Source: a virus | DNA: 64,000 nt | Strand: one strand, 5' to 3' | IMG/VR virus record: IMGVR_UViG_3300033149_003715 | Span: 80,174 to 144,173 of that record | Translations under genes and position numbers: made by a program | Shown: piece after piece, positions 29,707 to 39,450 of the stretch | Layout of the letters: each line of letters starts with the position of its first letter | How positions within the stretch are numbered: the first letter of the stretch is position 1 | The notes under the pieces: model-generated | The model's database searches: none | What the model was told of the DNA's origin: nothing | Seen by the model: the letters and a program-made list of their open reading frames with translations, nothing else

Positions 29707-30165
29707 CTATTTATTATAAGGTTTAGCTGAATATACTTCTTTAATTAATTTTACTGCATCTACAAACAATGTTCCATTCGGTGGTCTTATTAAATGCACT
29801 AAGTGTTTGAACCTTTTTTTATATTTTCTTAATTTCCACGCTTTGATAACAGTTTGCCAATTATTCCTTAAACTATCAGCAACAATACCATTTTTTGATG
29901 GATTGTGTACTTCACACATCCAAATAGTCCCTCTATCAAAAATTGAAAAAGTAGAAAATTGATATTTAAGATTCATATTTGTATGTAAAAATTCCATAGC
30001 ATTTTCAATAGTATCGAATACAAACAATTTAGAACCTTTTATGGTTGGATATGTCCATTCGTTGATTTCATATTTGAGTATACGACCGTATCGGTGTTTT
30101 AATCCTCTATGGAAAATAGATAGCAAACCATTATCACGAATGACAAGCTTATATGCTATAAACAT
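29707..30165 (-). CDS. family A paralog (YKVV..WxYP..LxVF..CxVxNP..GT..VKL)
   Basis: Shared motif set. Confidence 0.8.
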   Translation of the reverse strand: MFIAYKLVIRDNGLLSIFHRGLKHRYGRILKYEINEWTYPTIKGSKLFVFDTIENAMEFLHTNMNLKYQFSTFSIFDRGTIWMCEVHNPSKNGIVADSLRNNWQTVIKAWKLRKYKKRFKHLVHLIRPPNGTLFVDAVKLIKEVYSAKPYNK

Positions 30166-30204
30166 AATTATATAATTATTTTATATTTTAGAATACTGCT
30201 TACA

Positions 30205-30585
30205 TTAAGAACAACGATTGTGAATCAATTTATAAAAATTCTCCGGATTGTGGCAAAACTTAGTGTAAATTTCTTTACGAATTTTTTCCCTGTTGGTATT
30301 TAATTTCCATAGCAAATACAACACCAAATCACTTTCGCTAATATGTTCTAGTTGACATAGTGGACAATATTTTTCTGGAATTTCGTATCTCCAATCATTA
30401 GAGTTTTTCAACTGTTCCATAACATTCTTATTAAGATAACTTTCGTTAAAAACATGTCCTCTTACACACTCTACCATCCATGCATCTTCAAGGGTAAAAT
30501 CCCATCCTGATACAGTTTGTCCTGAAATATCACATGTAAAACTTGAACTACTTGAATTACTGACAAAACCAGTTCTAATTTTCAT
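30205..30585 (-). CDS. phage protein of the KxRxGFVSNSSSSSF type
   Basis: N-terminal motif; Cys/His Zn ligands. Confidence 0.75.
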   Translation of the reverse strand: MKIRTGFVSNSSSSSFTCDISGQTVSGWDFTLEDAWMVECVRGHVFNESYLNKNVMEQLKNSNDWRYEIPEKYCPLCQLEHISESDLVLYLLWKLNTNREKIRKEIYTKFCHNPENFYKLIHNRCS

Positions 30586-30596
30586 TGTTTTTCCTC

Positions 30597-30890
30597 CTAT
30601 TTGTTGTTCTTACAATTATTAATTTTTTCTGCAATCTCACGAGCCTTAATTAGTGCTTGCCCTAATAAACTCCTTGATGTTTGTTGACATTGACTGTATC
30701 CTTCTCCACAGTAAATAATTTTTATTCCTCGTTTTTGAGCAACCTTTCTATTCAAAACTTTAAGTTTCTCCACATTATCAGGTACTACTTGAACTGCTAC
30801 ATACACATCTGGTCCACCAAATTGATGAGCACTTGATCCTCTTGAACGTTGTTTGCGAATTTCTACGTATGCTTTCATAATTTTTTCCAT
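30597..30890 (-). CDS. hypothetical protein
   Basis: 97-aa ORF. Confidence 0.65.
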   Translation of the reverse strand: MEKIMKAYVEIRKQRSRGSSAHQFGGPDVYVAVQVVPDNVEKLKVLNRKVAQKRGIKIIYCGEGYSQCQQTSRSLLGQALIKAREIAEKINNCKNNK

Positions 30891-31462
30891 TTATTACCAG
30901 AATACGGTTTTGCTAAAGTATTTTTATCAAGGGATGGACAATACGTAAATTCTTTGTTGTTAATTTCTTCTTCTAACGGATGATATGTTTGCGTAAAATC
31001 TTCATCATATGATGCTTTAATCAAAAAACACCCAGCTAATTCAGCACATTTTACTAATAAGTCTTCGGTTAATGCTACACCTCCATGAAATGTATATCTA
31101 TTTTGAAAAACTTTAACATCATTTGTAAGATCAATACAATCACCACATGAAAAACCTAAAGCACTTTTAAATCCTATTTTATTTATATGCCCAGCACGAC
31201 TAGACCACGGTCCTTTTAAACATTTTTGTACAATTTGATTATCTTCTTGAAGTTTAATATTAAATGTATGTCCGCCAAATCCTCGTCCAGGGCCTTTATA
31301 ATAGTAAAAACTAACAAAACCATCTTTTTCTGCATAATACGTATTATTTTTTTCTGTGAATATCATATCCGATAATGCAGGAAGTTTGTCCACTAAAACC
31401 TCAAAAATTGGATCACTATCAAAATAATGCATCCAATTAACACGCGATTTCAAAATTTTCAC
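30875..31462 (-). CDS. conserved phage hypothetical protein
   Basis: GFGG..F.I...LKGPWSSRAG motif. Confidence 0.7.
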   Translation of the reverse strand: MKILKSRVNWMHYFDSDPIFEVLVDKLPALSDMIFTEKNNTYYAEKDGFVSFYYYKGPGRGFGGHTFNIKLQEDNQIVQKCLKGPWSSRAGHINKIGFKSALGFSCGDCIDLTNDVKVFQNRYTFHGGVALTEDLLVKCAELAGCFLIKASYDEDFTQTYHPLEEEINNKEFTYCPSLDKNTLAKPYSGNKWKKL

Positions 31463-31727
31463 TATTCTATCCTTTTAATTAATTTTACCGCTTTAGCTGC
31501 AACAGTACCTTTAGGAATACATACAATACCACCGTAATCTATTACTTTTTTCTTTTGTTTCTTTTTGTATAAAATTTCTATTAGAGACTCTAAATCAAAG
31601 GTAAATGGTATTTTTCTAAATCTACCTTTACCCTATAGGTAATAGCAGCTTCTCGTATACTATGCTCGTAATATGTAGAACATACTGACTTCATTTCCTG
31701 CGTAACAACTTTATAATAGATTTTCAT
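31459..31727 (-). pseudogene. family A paralog with internal deletion/frameshift
   Basis: MKIYYKVVTQEMKS...AAITY joined out of frame to KGRFRKIPF...PKGTVAAKAVKL; closest to 58562..58960. Confidence 0.75.
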
Positions 31728-31741
31728 AATTATTCACTTAA

Positions 31742-32140
31742 TTAGCAGTTCAAGTATACTCGTTTTAATAGTTTAACTGCGGATACAAACACTGTTCCTT
31801 TTGGTACAGCCTTTTTTTCAAAGAACTTTTTATGTTGTTTTTGTTTTTTTCTTATCAAGTTCCATTTTCTTAAAAATACTGATGCTGAATGTATACTACC
31901 AATATAAGGTACAAACACACTTGAACAAGAAGGATTCTCTATCATACAATTATAAACATGTGATCCAAAATAACAAAATTTACGTGCATCTTTTAAATTA
32001 TTAAAGACCATTAATTTTGTACCCTCAACCTTAGGATATACCCACTCTCCAATCTCGTATTTAACTACAAATTCTTTCGGCAAATGTTTATAAAGATACG
32101 ATTTTAGATCAAATGAAACAACTTTATAATAGGTTTTCAT
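31742..32140 (-). CDS. family A paralog
   Basis: Shared motif set. Confidence 0.85.
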   Translation of the reverse strand: MKTYYKVVSFDLKSYLYKHLPKEFVVKYEIGEWVYPKVEGTKLMVFNNLKDARKFCYFGSHVYNCMIENPSCSSVFVPYIGSIHSASVFLRKWNLIRKKQKQHKKFFEKKAVPKGTVFVSAVKLLKRVYLNC

Positions 32141-32142
32141 AG

Positions 32143-32484
32143 TTATTCACCTAAAATTTGGGGGGAATTTTGAAGACCGTGAGAACGATCTAACTGTCCA
32201 AGTACGTTAGCAGTAGCAGTTACAATACCATTTCCAAATTGTTGGTTGTACGCATTTTTAATATCTTCATTAGGTTCTAATTGAAATAAGATATGATTTT
32301 TGGATATTACGACTTTTTTTTCGTTGGAGAATGGCATCCACGGTCTCATTGCTATACCTATTTTACCAGTTGCATCTTGACCAACAGACATAGCTACCGG
32401 ATTTATTAAACATACTTGATCTTTACATGATTCGATTTGTGCTATAATTTCTTCACCATAAATTAATTTAATGTATTTAACCAT
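32143..32484 (-). CDS. Sm-like fold phage protein
   Basis: IKL..GEEIIA...NP...PWMPFS...Y.QQFG.GIV pattern of T4-like phages. Confidence 0.6.
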   Translation of the reverse strand: MVKYIKLIYGEEIIAQIESCKDQVCLINPVAMSVGQDATGKIGIAMRPWMPFSNEKKVVISKNHILFQLEPNEDIKNAYNQQFGNGIVTATANVLGQLDRSHGLQNSPQILGE

Positions 32485-32495
32485 AGTTCAACTCC

Positions 32496-32891
32496 TTAAC
32501 TACTTTGTAACAACCATTTTTTAAATGGTTCATAGGGGTTTTTGGTACTATACCATAACTGTGTACAATTAAAATCTAGTAACAATTTTTGGCAACATTT
32601 ACATGGTTTAGACATGCCCAACATACCATTGGCCATGATCCTAATGTTAACAAATGTAAATTTAGGTAACAATGAGACAGGATATGGAAAATTTTGAATA
32701 GCTTTTAATTCAGAATGAATGTTATTAAATCTATAACCATATCGACCTGCCAGCGGATGTGTCTTAAAAGATAAATTATACCCTACGGAAATCACTCTTT
32801 TCTTAAGCAAAATAAAAGTAAAATGTTTTTGACGTGCATCGGGCAAATCTATCATTTTATAGGATAGTTTGATCAGTTTGTCAAATTTCAT
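32496..32891 (-). CDS. zinc-dependent deaminase-fold protein
   Basis: HSE...SKPCKCC. Confidence 0.75.
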   Translation of the reverse strand: MKFDKLIKLSYKMIDLPDARQKHFTFILLKKRVISVGYNLSFKTHPLAGRYGYRFNNIHSELKAIQNFPYPVSLLPKFTFVNIRIMANGMLGMSKPCKCCQKLLLDFNCTQLWYSTKNPYEPFKKWLLQSS

Positions 32892-32908
32892 AACACTAAG
32901 TTTTATGA

Positions 32909-33112
32909 TTATGAAGGATTAAGATCGTAATATGGACAGTTTCGATTATTTGCCAACAAGTGTTTACGAAAATCTTGTGTAATTTGATGTTCCCATATAT
33001 TTTTAAAACTGCTTACATCAAAAATATTAATGCCAAATTTCCATTCCTTTATTCCTTCACAAAAAGAACATGCGTAACAATTTCCTAAACAGTTAATATA
33101 CATTGAAAACAA
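32909..33112 (-). pseudogene. orphan SPASM-type C-terminal fragment of a radical SAM gene
   Basis: (C)EST(L)FSMYIN..G..YACSFCEG...IW....FR....NRNCP with no N-terminal radical SAM domain. Confidence 0.55.
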
Positions 33113-33157
33113 TGTAGATTCACATGGTTCACATAATTGTTGTTTTTGTATAAAATC

Positions 33158-33583
33158 TTAATTGTTCAATTCTGTTAATTGTAGTGATTTGTCTACTGGT
33201 TCTAGTAATTTAATTCCGTCCACAAATACTGTTCCTTTTGGTACAGCTTTTCTTTTAAAGAACTTTTTATGCTGTTTTTGTTTTTTTTGTAAGGAAAACC
33301 ACTTCTCCAAAAACTGTGATGGAAAATGTAGATTACCAACATGAGGCACAAATACACCTGAATAAGAAGGATTCTTGACTAAACAAGTATAAATATAGTT
33401 AATATCAAAACAGAAGTTATATGCATTTCTAAGACTATTAAAAACCATTAGCTTCGTACCTTTAATTTTAGGGTATACCCATTTTCCAACTTTGTATTGT
33501 ACAACAAACTCTTTCGGTAAAAGATAATAGATTCGTGATTTTAATCTATATGAAACAACTTTGTAATAAATTTTCATTCTCAA
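33158..33583 (-). CDS. family A paralog
   Basis: Shared motif set. Confidence 0.85.
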   Translation of the reverse strand: MRMKIYYKVVSYRLKSRIYYLLPKEFVVQYKVGKWVYPKIKGTKLMVFNSLRNAYNFCFDINYIYTCLVKNPSYSGVFVPHVGNLHFPSQFLEKWFSLQKKQKQHKKFFKRKAVPKGTVFVDGIKLLEPVDKSLQLTELNN

Positions 33584-33662
33584 AATTTCCCAAGCGGAAT
33601 GTTTACTATTAACATATCATTTAAAAATACCTTGATACATTACCATTGAAATAAAACAATTA

Positions 33663-33878
33663 TTAAGTAGGGCTCGAATTTGCTTTAATTGTTTCTAAAT
33701 GATATGTATTATCTTCTGTCCAAATACTAACAGACATACCCCAAAGTTTTGATAGGAGTGATGCATACTGTACAGCTTCGTGATAACAAGAAAACTTCCT
33801 ATTTTCGTCAAACATAGGCATACTTTTATCACGATACTTTTTATAGTTTTTTCCGTAAAAATTGTATACTTCGGCCAC
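33663..33878 (-). CDS. hypothetical protein
   Basis: 71-aa ORF with AAGGAG RBS. Confidence 0.6.
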   Translation of the reverse strand: MAEVYNFYGKNYKKYRDKSMPMFDENRKFSCYHEAVQYASLLSKLWGMSVSIWTEDNTYHLETIKANSSPT

Positions 33879-33904
33879 GATAATCTCCTTTATATCACTT
33901 ATAT

Positions 33905-34090
33905 TTAATTAAGTGTACGCGAGATTTCTTTTAGTAGTTGTTCTGACCTATCAATTTTTCCATTCGCTTGGTTGATTTTAATAGCTTGACCCTGTTTAAC
34001 AGCTTGCTTTCTGGTTGGAAAACATTTACCAGATTGACCGAATTTCCATCCTAATTTTCCATTAGGAAGTTTGCATCGCATAATAGGCAT
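33905..34090 (-). CDS. small phage protein
   Basis: MP..RC....GWKFG.SGKC...A..QG.AI pattern. Confidence 0.65.
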   Translation of the reverse strand: MPIMRCKLPNGKLGWKFGQSGKCFPTRKQAVKQGQAIKINQANGKIDRSEQLLKEISRTLN

Positions 34091-34581
34091 TTCTCATTCA
34101 TTTTACAAAATTCGTAGAAATTGAATCTTGAAGGTAGCCTTTCATCTACCTAAAAATAAATACATTACTATGTTAATTAACTTATAATACACCCTTTAAG
34201 ATTTTCACGAAGCTTTCAAGGCTTACCTTATAAGTTTGTCGTCACTAAACTATCCTGTTTACCCACTACTACCTTGGTTCTGATTGGCACCAAAATAGCT
34301 CCCAGAATCTTACCATCAATATTCTATACAGCAAAAATGAATAACTTAAGACTAATAGGTATCAAACTACCAATAGAAGCAATGGGCCAAAAACTATCTT
34401 TTTTACGTAAGTCTAAAACTGACAAGGACTTATATTTTTATCAGCTATTATTATGTAAAACTTTGTAAAAAATTCAAAAAAATCCCAGAATTATTGGCCA
34501 TATTTCTGAGTTCAGCTATATAATAAAATAGATACTATTTGTGAAGAATTGAGTTAATTATTTAAAGGCCGTATATTACGA

Positions 34582-34798
34582 AGGGCCAGTAAGTAAAAAT
34601 ACTAAATTTTGGATGTCTTAAGTATACCTTTTTCTATTGGTTAGTCTAACTTAAGTTTTTTAGTTTTCCCCGAAAAGTTCGTAAAGGGAAGAAAGTTTAA
34701 TGACTAAAAAAGATCTCACAATAACCAATAACCTTTAGTAGTTTTACGTGTTTGGTTGTACCTCAGTAAAGTACGGAACCCCAGAAATAAAGATTCAA
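34582..34798. repeat. dispersed non-coding element, copy 2
   Basis: Collinear similarity to 26636-26877. Confidence 0.75.
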
Positions 34799-34870
34799 GA
34801 ATTGTTATTAATAGTTAAATAGGTTTCTATATGATTCTATTGTTACTATAGATTCTAATTGTATAATACA

Positions 34871-35224
34871 TTAATTAGACACAATAACAATTAAATTATT
34901 TTCTTCTGGATAAATACAACATTTTTTATTCAGTGTGATTTTATTTAAAATTTTACATGTACGTGTAAGATTGTTATATGGCTTAGTTGGTAATTTAAGA
35001 AATGGAACCTCTATAAGGTTTTTTATGTACTGTTTACTAAATCTGCGATAACAAGATATTTCAAAATTCCATCCTTCTATATAATTTGCTGTTGTATTGG
35101 TAATATATATTAATCTATGGGTACCTGGTTTTGATCCAGAATAATACTCAAAGCTAACAACATTACCTTTAAATAGAATCATAGTAGATAATATAGTATC
35201 AAGATTGGATTGTTTTTGATTCAT
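34871..35224 (-). CDS. WYL-like domain protein
   Basis: VSFEY...R.I...YIEGW......RRFS...I. Confidence 0.6.
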   Translation of the reverse strand: MNQKQSNLDTILSTMILFKGNVVSFEYYSGSKPGTHRLIYITNTTANYIEGWNFEISCYRRFSKQYIKNLIEVPFLKLPTKPYNNLTRTCKILNKITLNKKCCIYPEENNLIVIVSN

Positions 35225-35247
35225 TGTTATGATTTGTTAGAGTAAAC

Positions 35248-35289
35248 TCCAACCCCGAGTGGAATAATTAATATAAACTCGGGGCTGGA
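35248..35289. terminator. GC-rich intergenic hairpin
   Basis: TCCAACCCCGAGT...ACTCGGGGCTGGA inverted repeat. Confidence 0.5.
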
Positions 35290-35303
35290 TATGAATTTTT
35301 TAT

Positions 35304-35630
35304 TTATTTAGTATTACTGTTTATATCAATACCATACTTTTTACTTAATTCTTCCAAATTACACGAATCTGGAAGATCTAATGATTCTGCTAATTCTTTT
35401 AGGTTTAAAGTAATTTCTTTTGACTTCTTACGTCTTGGAAGTTTTTTGAGTTCTATTCCTTTCTTTCTGTATGACTTGATTTTTTGTTGTAATGAAGACG
35501 GTTTGATTTTTAACAATTCTGCTGCATCTTCAACAGTTTCTGATGTTTGTACAGCAAAAATAAATTTAACTAAATCTTGTGGTACTCCATTGTCTAATGC
35601 TTGTTTAATCGCGTTTTGTACTTCTGACAT
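35304..35630 (-). CDS. HTH DNA-binding protein
   Basis: TVEDAAELLKIKPSSLQQKIKSYRKKG. Confidence 0.65.
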   Translation of the reverse strand: MSEVQNAIKQALDNGVPQDLVKFIFAVQTSETVEDAAELLKIKPSSLQQKIKSYRKKGIELKKLPRRKKSKEITLNLKELAESLDLPDSCNLEELSKKYGIDINSNTK

Positions 35631-35862
35631 AATTCCTCCAATTTCATATTAATTCTTATGATAACCCTACACTAATTAATATTTTACCTCCTTTCTAATT
35701 GTAAAATTCTTTTAAAAATCGTGTTTGATCTTGACGTGTTTTTTGCCTTCTAGGTTTACGTGGTGATTTTGGTATTTTATTTTCTATATTTTTTTTGTTA
35801 CGTTTGTTGCGGTATTTTTGTTTGTTTTCGTACTTATTTAAACGCATTACTATATTTATCTA

Positions 35863-36243
35863 TTAAAATTTAGATGGTGGTAAGACCATTATCTTATCTG
35901 TGATAATACAACAGTACATTTTACCATCAATGTCTTCTATACCTTCTGCAATAATCTTTGTGAAAAGTACCTGACATATGATTTCATCAGATTCTTTGTA
36001 TCTTTGTGCTGCTTTTTTGCTTGTCCATACGTGAAACCCACATTCATATAATTTATTATCTTCTGCTCGGATTTTATTATAACCTGATTGATTTTTTAGC
36101 CATTTCAGAAATGGTTTATTGTCATTATACAATGTCGAGAAAGTTTTATCTGTTTTACTTAATTCGACAACTTTATATCCTGTATAATATGTTCCATCTT
36201 TTTTGATTTTTGTTTTAGTAGATGTAACTTTCGAGAGACACAT
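35863..36243 (-). CDS. family B paralog (MCL..GYKVV..GFH)
   Basis: Start at MCLSK after AAGGAG. Confidence 0.85.
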   Translation of the reverse strand: MCLSKVTSTKTKIKKDGTYYTGYKVVELSKTDKTFSTLYNDNKPFLKWLKNQSGYNKIRAEDNKLYECGFHVWTSKKAAQRYKESDEIICQVLFTKIIAEGIEDIDGKMYCCIITDKIMVLPPSKF

Positions 36244-36247
36244 TTTT

Positions 36248-36661
36248 TTACTCCTTTTTAAGTACTTTATAGTTTGGAGGTAAAACAAAGATTTTGTCGG
36301 TAACAACGCAACGATAATTATAATCAATTTCATGTTTATTAAGATTATAGATGTCTTCTATACCTTCCGCAATAATTTTTGTGAAGAGTACATAACATAT
36401 TATTTCTCCATCTTGTTTGTATTTTTGTGCTGCTTTTTTGCTTGTCCATACGTGAAATCCATTTTTGTATAATTTGTTATCTTTTGCTTCGATTTCATTA
36501 TTTGATCGACTCTTTAGCCATTTTAAGAATGATCTATTAACATTGTATAATGATGAAAAAGTTTTACCTGTTTTGCTTAAAACAACTACTTTGTATCCTA
36601 TATAACAGGATCCATCTTTTTTAGTTTTTGTTTTAGTAGATGTAACTCTTGTAAGACACAT
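36248..36661 (-). CDS. family B paralog
   Basis: MCLT, GYKVV, GFHVWTSKKAA, AEGIE. Confidence 0.85.
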   Translation of the reverse strand: MCLTRVTSTKTKTKKDGSCYIGYKVVVLSKTGKTFSSLYNVNRSFLKWLKSRSNNEIEAKDNKLYKNGFHVWTSKKAAQKYKQDGEIICYVLFTKIIAEGIEDIYNLNKHEIDYNYRCVVTDKIFVLPPNYKVLKKE

Positions 36662-36692
36662 TTTTTACTCCTTTTTAAGTACTTTATAGTAA

Positions 36693-37079
36693 TTAGTATC
36701 CAATTGGTGGCAAAACATACATCTGATCGGTAACAACGCAACGATATTCTTTATTACCAATATTTTCTATACCTTCCGCAATAATTTTTGTGAAGAGTAC
36801 TTGGCATATTACCTCATCAGGATGATCTTTCCATTCTTCTGCTGCTTTTTTGTTTGTCCATATATGAAATCCAAGTTTATACAATTTACTATCATCTGCT
36901 ATTATATAACCTGTTGCTTTTTTTGCTCTATTTAACCATTTCAAGAATGGTCTGTTTTTATTGTAAAATGTCGAAAAAGTTTTACCTGTTTCACTTAATT
37001 CTACTACTTTGTATCCTATATAGTACAATCCATCTTTTTTTATTTTTTCTTTAGCTGATATAACCTTTGTAAGACACAT
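36693..37079 (-). CDS. family B paralog
   Basis: Shared motif set. Confidence 0.85.
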   Translation of the reverse strand: MCLTKVISAKEKIKKDGLYYIGYKVVELSETGKTFSTFYNKNRPFLKWLNRAKKATGYIIADDSKLYKLGFHIWTNKKAAEEWKDHPDEVICQVLFTKIIAEGIENIGNKEYRCVVTDQMYVLPPIGY

Positions 37080-37090
37080 TTTTATTTCTC

Positions 37091-38065
37091 CTAATTAGCC
37101 ATTTCTAGTGCAATTGTTAATGCTTTGCGATTAATTTGAGCATTTTGCCCAAACCATAAACTATTTAAACGACGATCCTGATTTTTTCCAAAATTATAAT
37201 TTAAATATTCGTTTACTGCGTTATATGCACCCCAATATGTACCTTTGACATGTGGAATATTAATACCTATACCTGTTTCCATTTTTTGTGTGATTGCATC
37301 AATTTTGTTACTTAGTCTTGTAGAAAGTTTATATTCTGGCTGTTCTGGATCAATACCTAAGACAACTTTAACATATTTTCTTAGATCGCGTTGGTTAATT
37401 GACTTGTTTGCCAAATATTTATATTGTTCTATGGTTGATTCAAAAGTAGCATTGAACGTATTAATAGTTTGTCTTACTTGTTCCAAATTGTATGTAAGTT
37501 GTGATGTATGACGAATCCTGATAGATTCACCGTGTTTTAGTGCCAACGACAAAGTATTCCAGCAAACAGTTCTAATAGGTGTAAGTGTAACCCGAACTGA
37601 CATTGTGCCGTCGTGTGAATTTGAAAGCATTAAGTATTTTGCTATATCATCTCCTTTTACTACTTCAGAATTTATACCTTTAAGTTTAGCCATTACCCAT
37701 ACTTTAGTTCCACCACATAATGAACCTGCTGTTTCTAGTTCGCATGATCCTGAATCCAAAAACGGTTGAAACCATTCAAACGCTTCTATGTTTTGTAGTG
37801 GTGTGTATTGTGGGCCGACTATACCCAATACATTATCTTTGTCTGTACGTACAACAGCTTTATGCTTGATTTCAGTAACTTGTTGTTGTAGGTAATGGTC
37901 AATTTTATCCGCTATAACCAAAGGTTTTAGTGCAACTGACCAATCCAAGCCGGCTGCAATTATACCACGTTTAACGTCAATTCTTTCATTTTGCGGGATA
38001 ATATTACCTTGTCTGTGCCAAGGAACTAACCCGCGAGACATCATTGTTTCAACAAAACTAGACAT
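37091..38065 (-). CDS. DUF932 phage/plasmid protein
   Basis: PWH, AGLDW.V, LG.VG..Y..LQN, ETAGSL.GG..VW, NSHDG, TPIR.VC.NTL, RHT, GT.WG.YNAV.EY. Confidence 0.9.
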   Translation of the reverse strand: MSSFVETMMSRGLVPWHRQGNIIPQNERIDVKRGIIAAGLDWSVALKPLVIADKIDHYLQQQVTEIKHKAVVRTDKDNVLGIVGPQYTPLQNIEAFEWFQPFLDSGSCELETAGSLCGGTKVWVMAKLKGINSEVVKGDDIAKYLMLSNSHDGTMSVRVTLTPIRTVCWNTLSLALKHGESIRIRHTSQLTYNLEQVRQTINTFNATFESTIEQYKYLANKSINQRDLRKYVKVVLGIDPEQPEYKLSTRLSNKIDAITQKMETGIGINIPHVKGTYWGAYNAVNEYLNYNFGKNQDRRLNSLWFGQNAQINRKALTIALEMAN

Positions 38066-38456
38066 TGCTTTCTCCTTGATTTTCGTTGTGAACTACGTAC
38101 ATTTTTTTGGCAACTACGCATCCTTTGTCTTCTTGGTATCCTTCTGCTACCACTCTACGGTAATATACTTTTACAACAATATCGTTATCAATATAAGGTT
38201 CTAAGTATCTTATTGCATCTTTTTTTTCTTTAAAAATATGAAATCCTGCTGGATATTGTTTACCATCGTCTGCTGTGATTTTGGTGGTTGGTCTTTTGTA
38301 GCACACAATCCATTTGTTAAATGGTTTTTCTTTTCTAAACCATAAAAACTGAAACTTTTTATAATTACTTGATATAACAACAACTTTATATCCAACACCA
38401 TATTTTTTTGGAGGAAAGTTTTTCTTTTCAAGAGATGTAATTTTTGTAAGACACAT
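38058..38456 (-). CDS. family B paralog
   Basis: MCLT, GYKVV, AGFHIF. Confidence 0.85.
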   Translation of the reverse strand: MCLTKITSLEKKNFPPKKYGVGYKVVVISSNYKKFQFLWFRKEKPFNKWIVCYKRPTTKITADDGKQYPAGFHIFKEKKDAIRYLEPYIDNDIVVKVYYRRVVAEGYQEDKGCVVAKKMYVVHNENQGESNV

Positions 38457-38486
38457 AATAGTTTTTCTGTTTTCTGTTCTCTGGAT

Positions 38487-38927
38487 TTATACGTATAAGA
38501 ATGGTTTATTAAGATTGATGATTGTTGTTTTGCGTAATTCTACCCCTTTATTATTTTTATCGTAAACTACGTATATTTTTTTAGCGATTACGCATTTAGC
38601 TCCATCTTGAAATCCTCGTGCTACTATTCTGCGATATCGCACTTGTACAACAATTTCGTCGAAATGAGGTGTTTTATATTGTTCTGCATCCGATCTTTTT
38701 TCAAAAATATGAAATCCGGCTGGATAATTCCAACCATTTAATGCCATAATTTTTGTATTCGGTCTTTTATAACATATAATCCACTTATTAAACGGTCTTT
38801 CTCCCTCAAACCATAAAAATTGAAATTTTCCCTTTTTAGTTGATAAGCGAATTACCTTATACCCGATACCATACTGCTTTCGCGGAAAATTTTCTTTTCT
38901 GACTAATGTAACTTTTGTAAGACACAC
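38487..38927 (-). CDS. family B paralog
   Basis: GTG start, GYKVI, AGFHIF. Confidence 0.85.
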   Translation of the reverse strand: MCLTKVTLVRKENFPRKQYGIGYKVIRLSTKKGKFQFLWFEGERPFNKWIICYKRPNTKIMALNGWNYPAGFHIFEKRSDAEQYKTPHFDEIVVQVRYRRIVARGFQDGAKCVIAKKIYVVYDKNNKGVELRKTTIINLNKPFLYV

Positions 38928-38942
38928 TTTTGTTTTTCCTAT

Positions 38943-39440
38943 TTATTTACTTTTAGATGGAGGTAAAACAAAAATTTTATCGGTAACAACGCAACGATAA
39001 CCATGTTCAATTTCATGTTTATTAAGATTATAGATGTCTTCTACACCCTCTGCAATAATTTTTGTGAAGAGTACTTGACATATTATTTCTCCATATCGTT
39101 TGTATCTTTGTGCTGCTTTTTTACTTGTCCATATGTGAAATCCATTTTTGTATAATTTGCCATCTTTTGCTTTAATTTCATCAACAGTTATATCCATATG
39201 TAGTCGATTTAATCCACTCTTTAGCCATTTTAAGAATGGTTTATTAAGATTATATAATGATGAAAAAAAAGGTTTATCTGTTTTTATCCTATTTAACCAT
39301 TTCAAGAATGGTCTGTGTTTGTTAAAAAATGTCGAAAAAGTTTTACCTGTTTTACTTAATTTTACTACTTTGTATCCTGTATAGTACAATCCGTCTTTTT
39401 TAGTTTTTGTTTTAGTAGATGTAACTCTTGTAAGATTCAT
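38943..39440 (-). CDS. family B paralog with internal duplication
   Basis: FSx(6-7)PFLKWL occurs twice. Confidence 0.85.
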   Translation of the reverse strand: MNLTRVTSTKTKTKKDGLYYTGYKVVKLSKTGKTFSTFFNKHRPFLKWLNRIKTDKPFFSSLYNLNKPFLKWLKSGLNRLHMDITVDEIKAKDGKLYKNGFHIWTSKKAAQRYKRYGEIICQVLFTKIIAEGVEDIYNLNKHEIEHGYRCVVTDKIFVLPPSKSK

Positions 39441-39450
39441 AATGGTTTCC

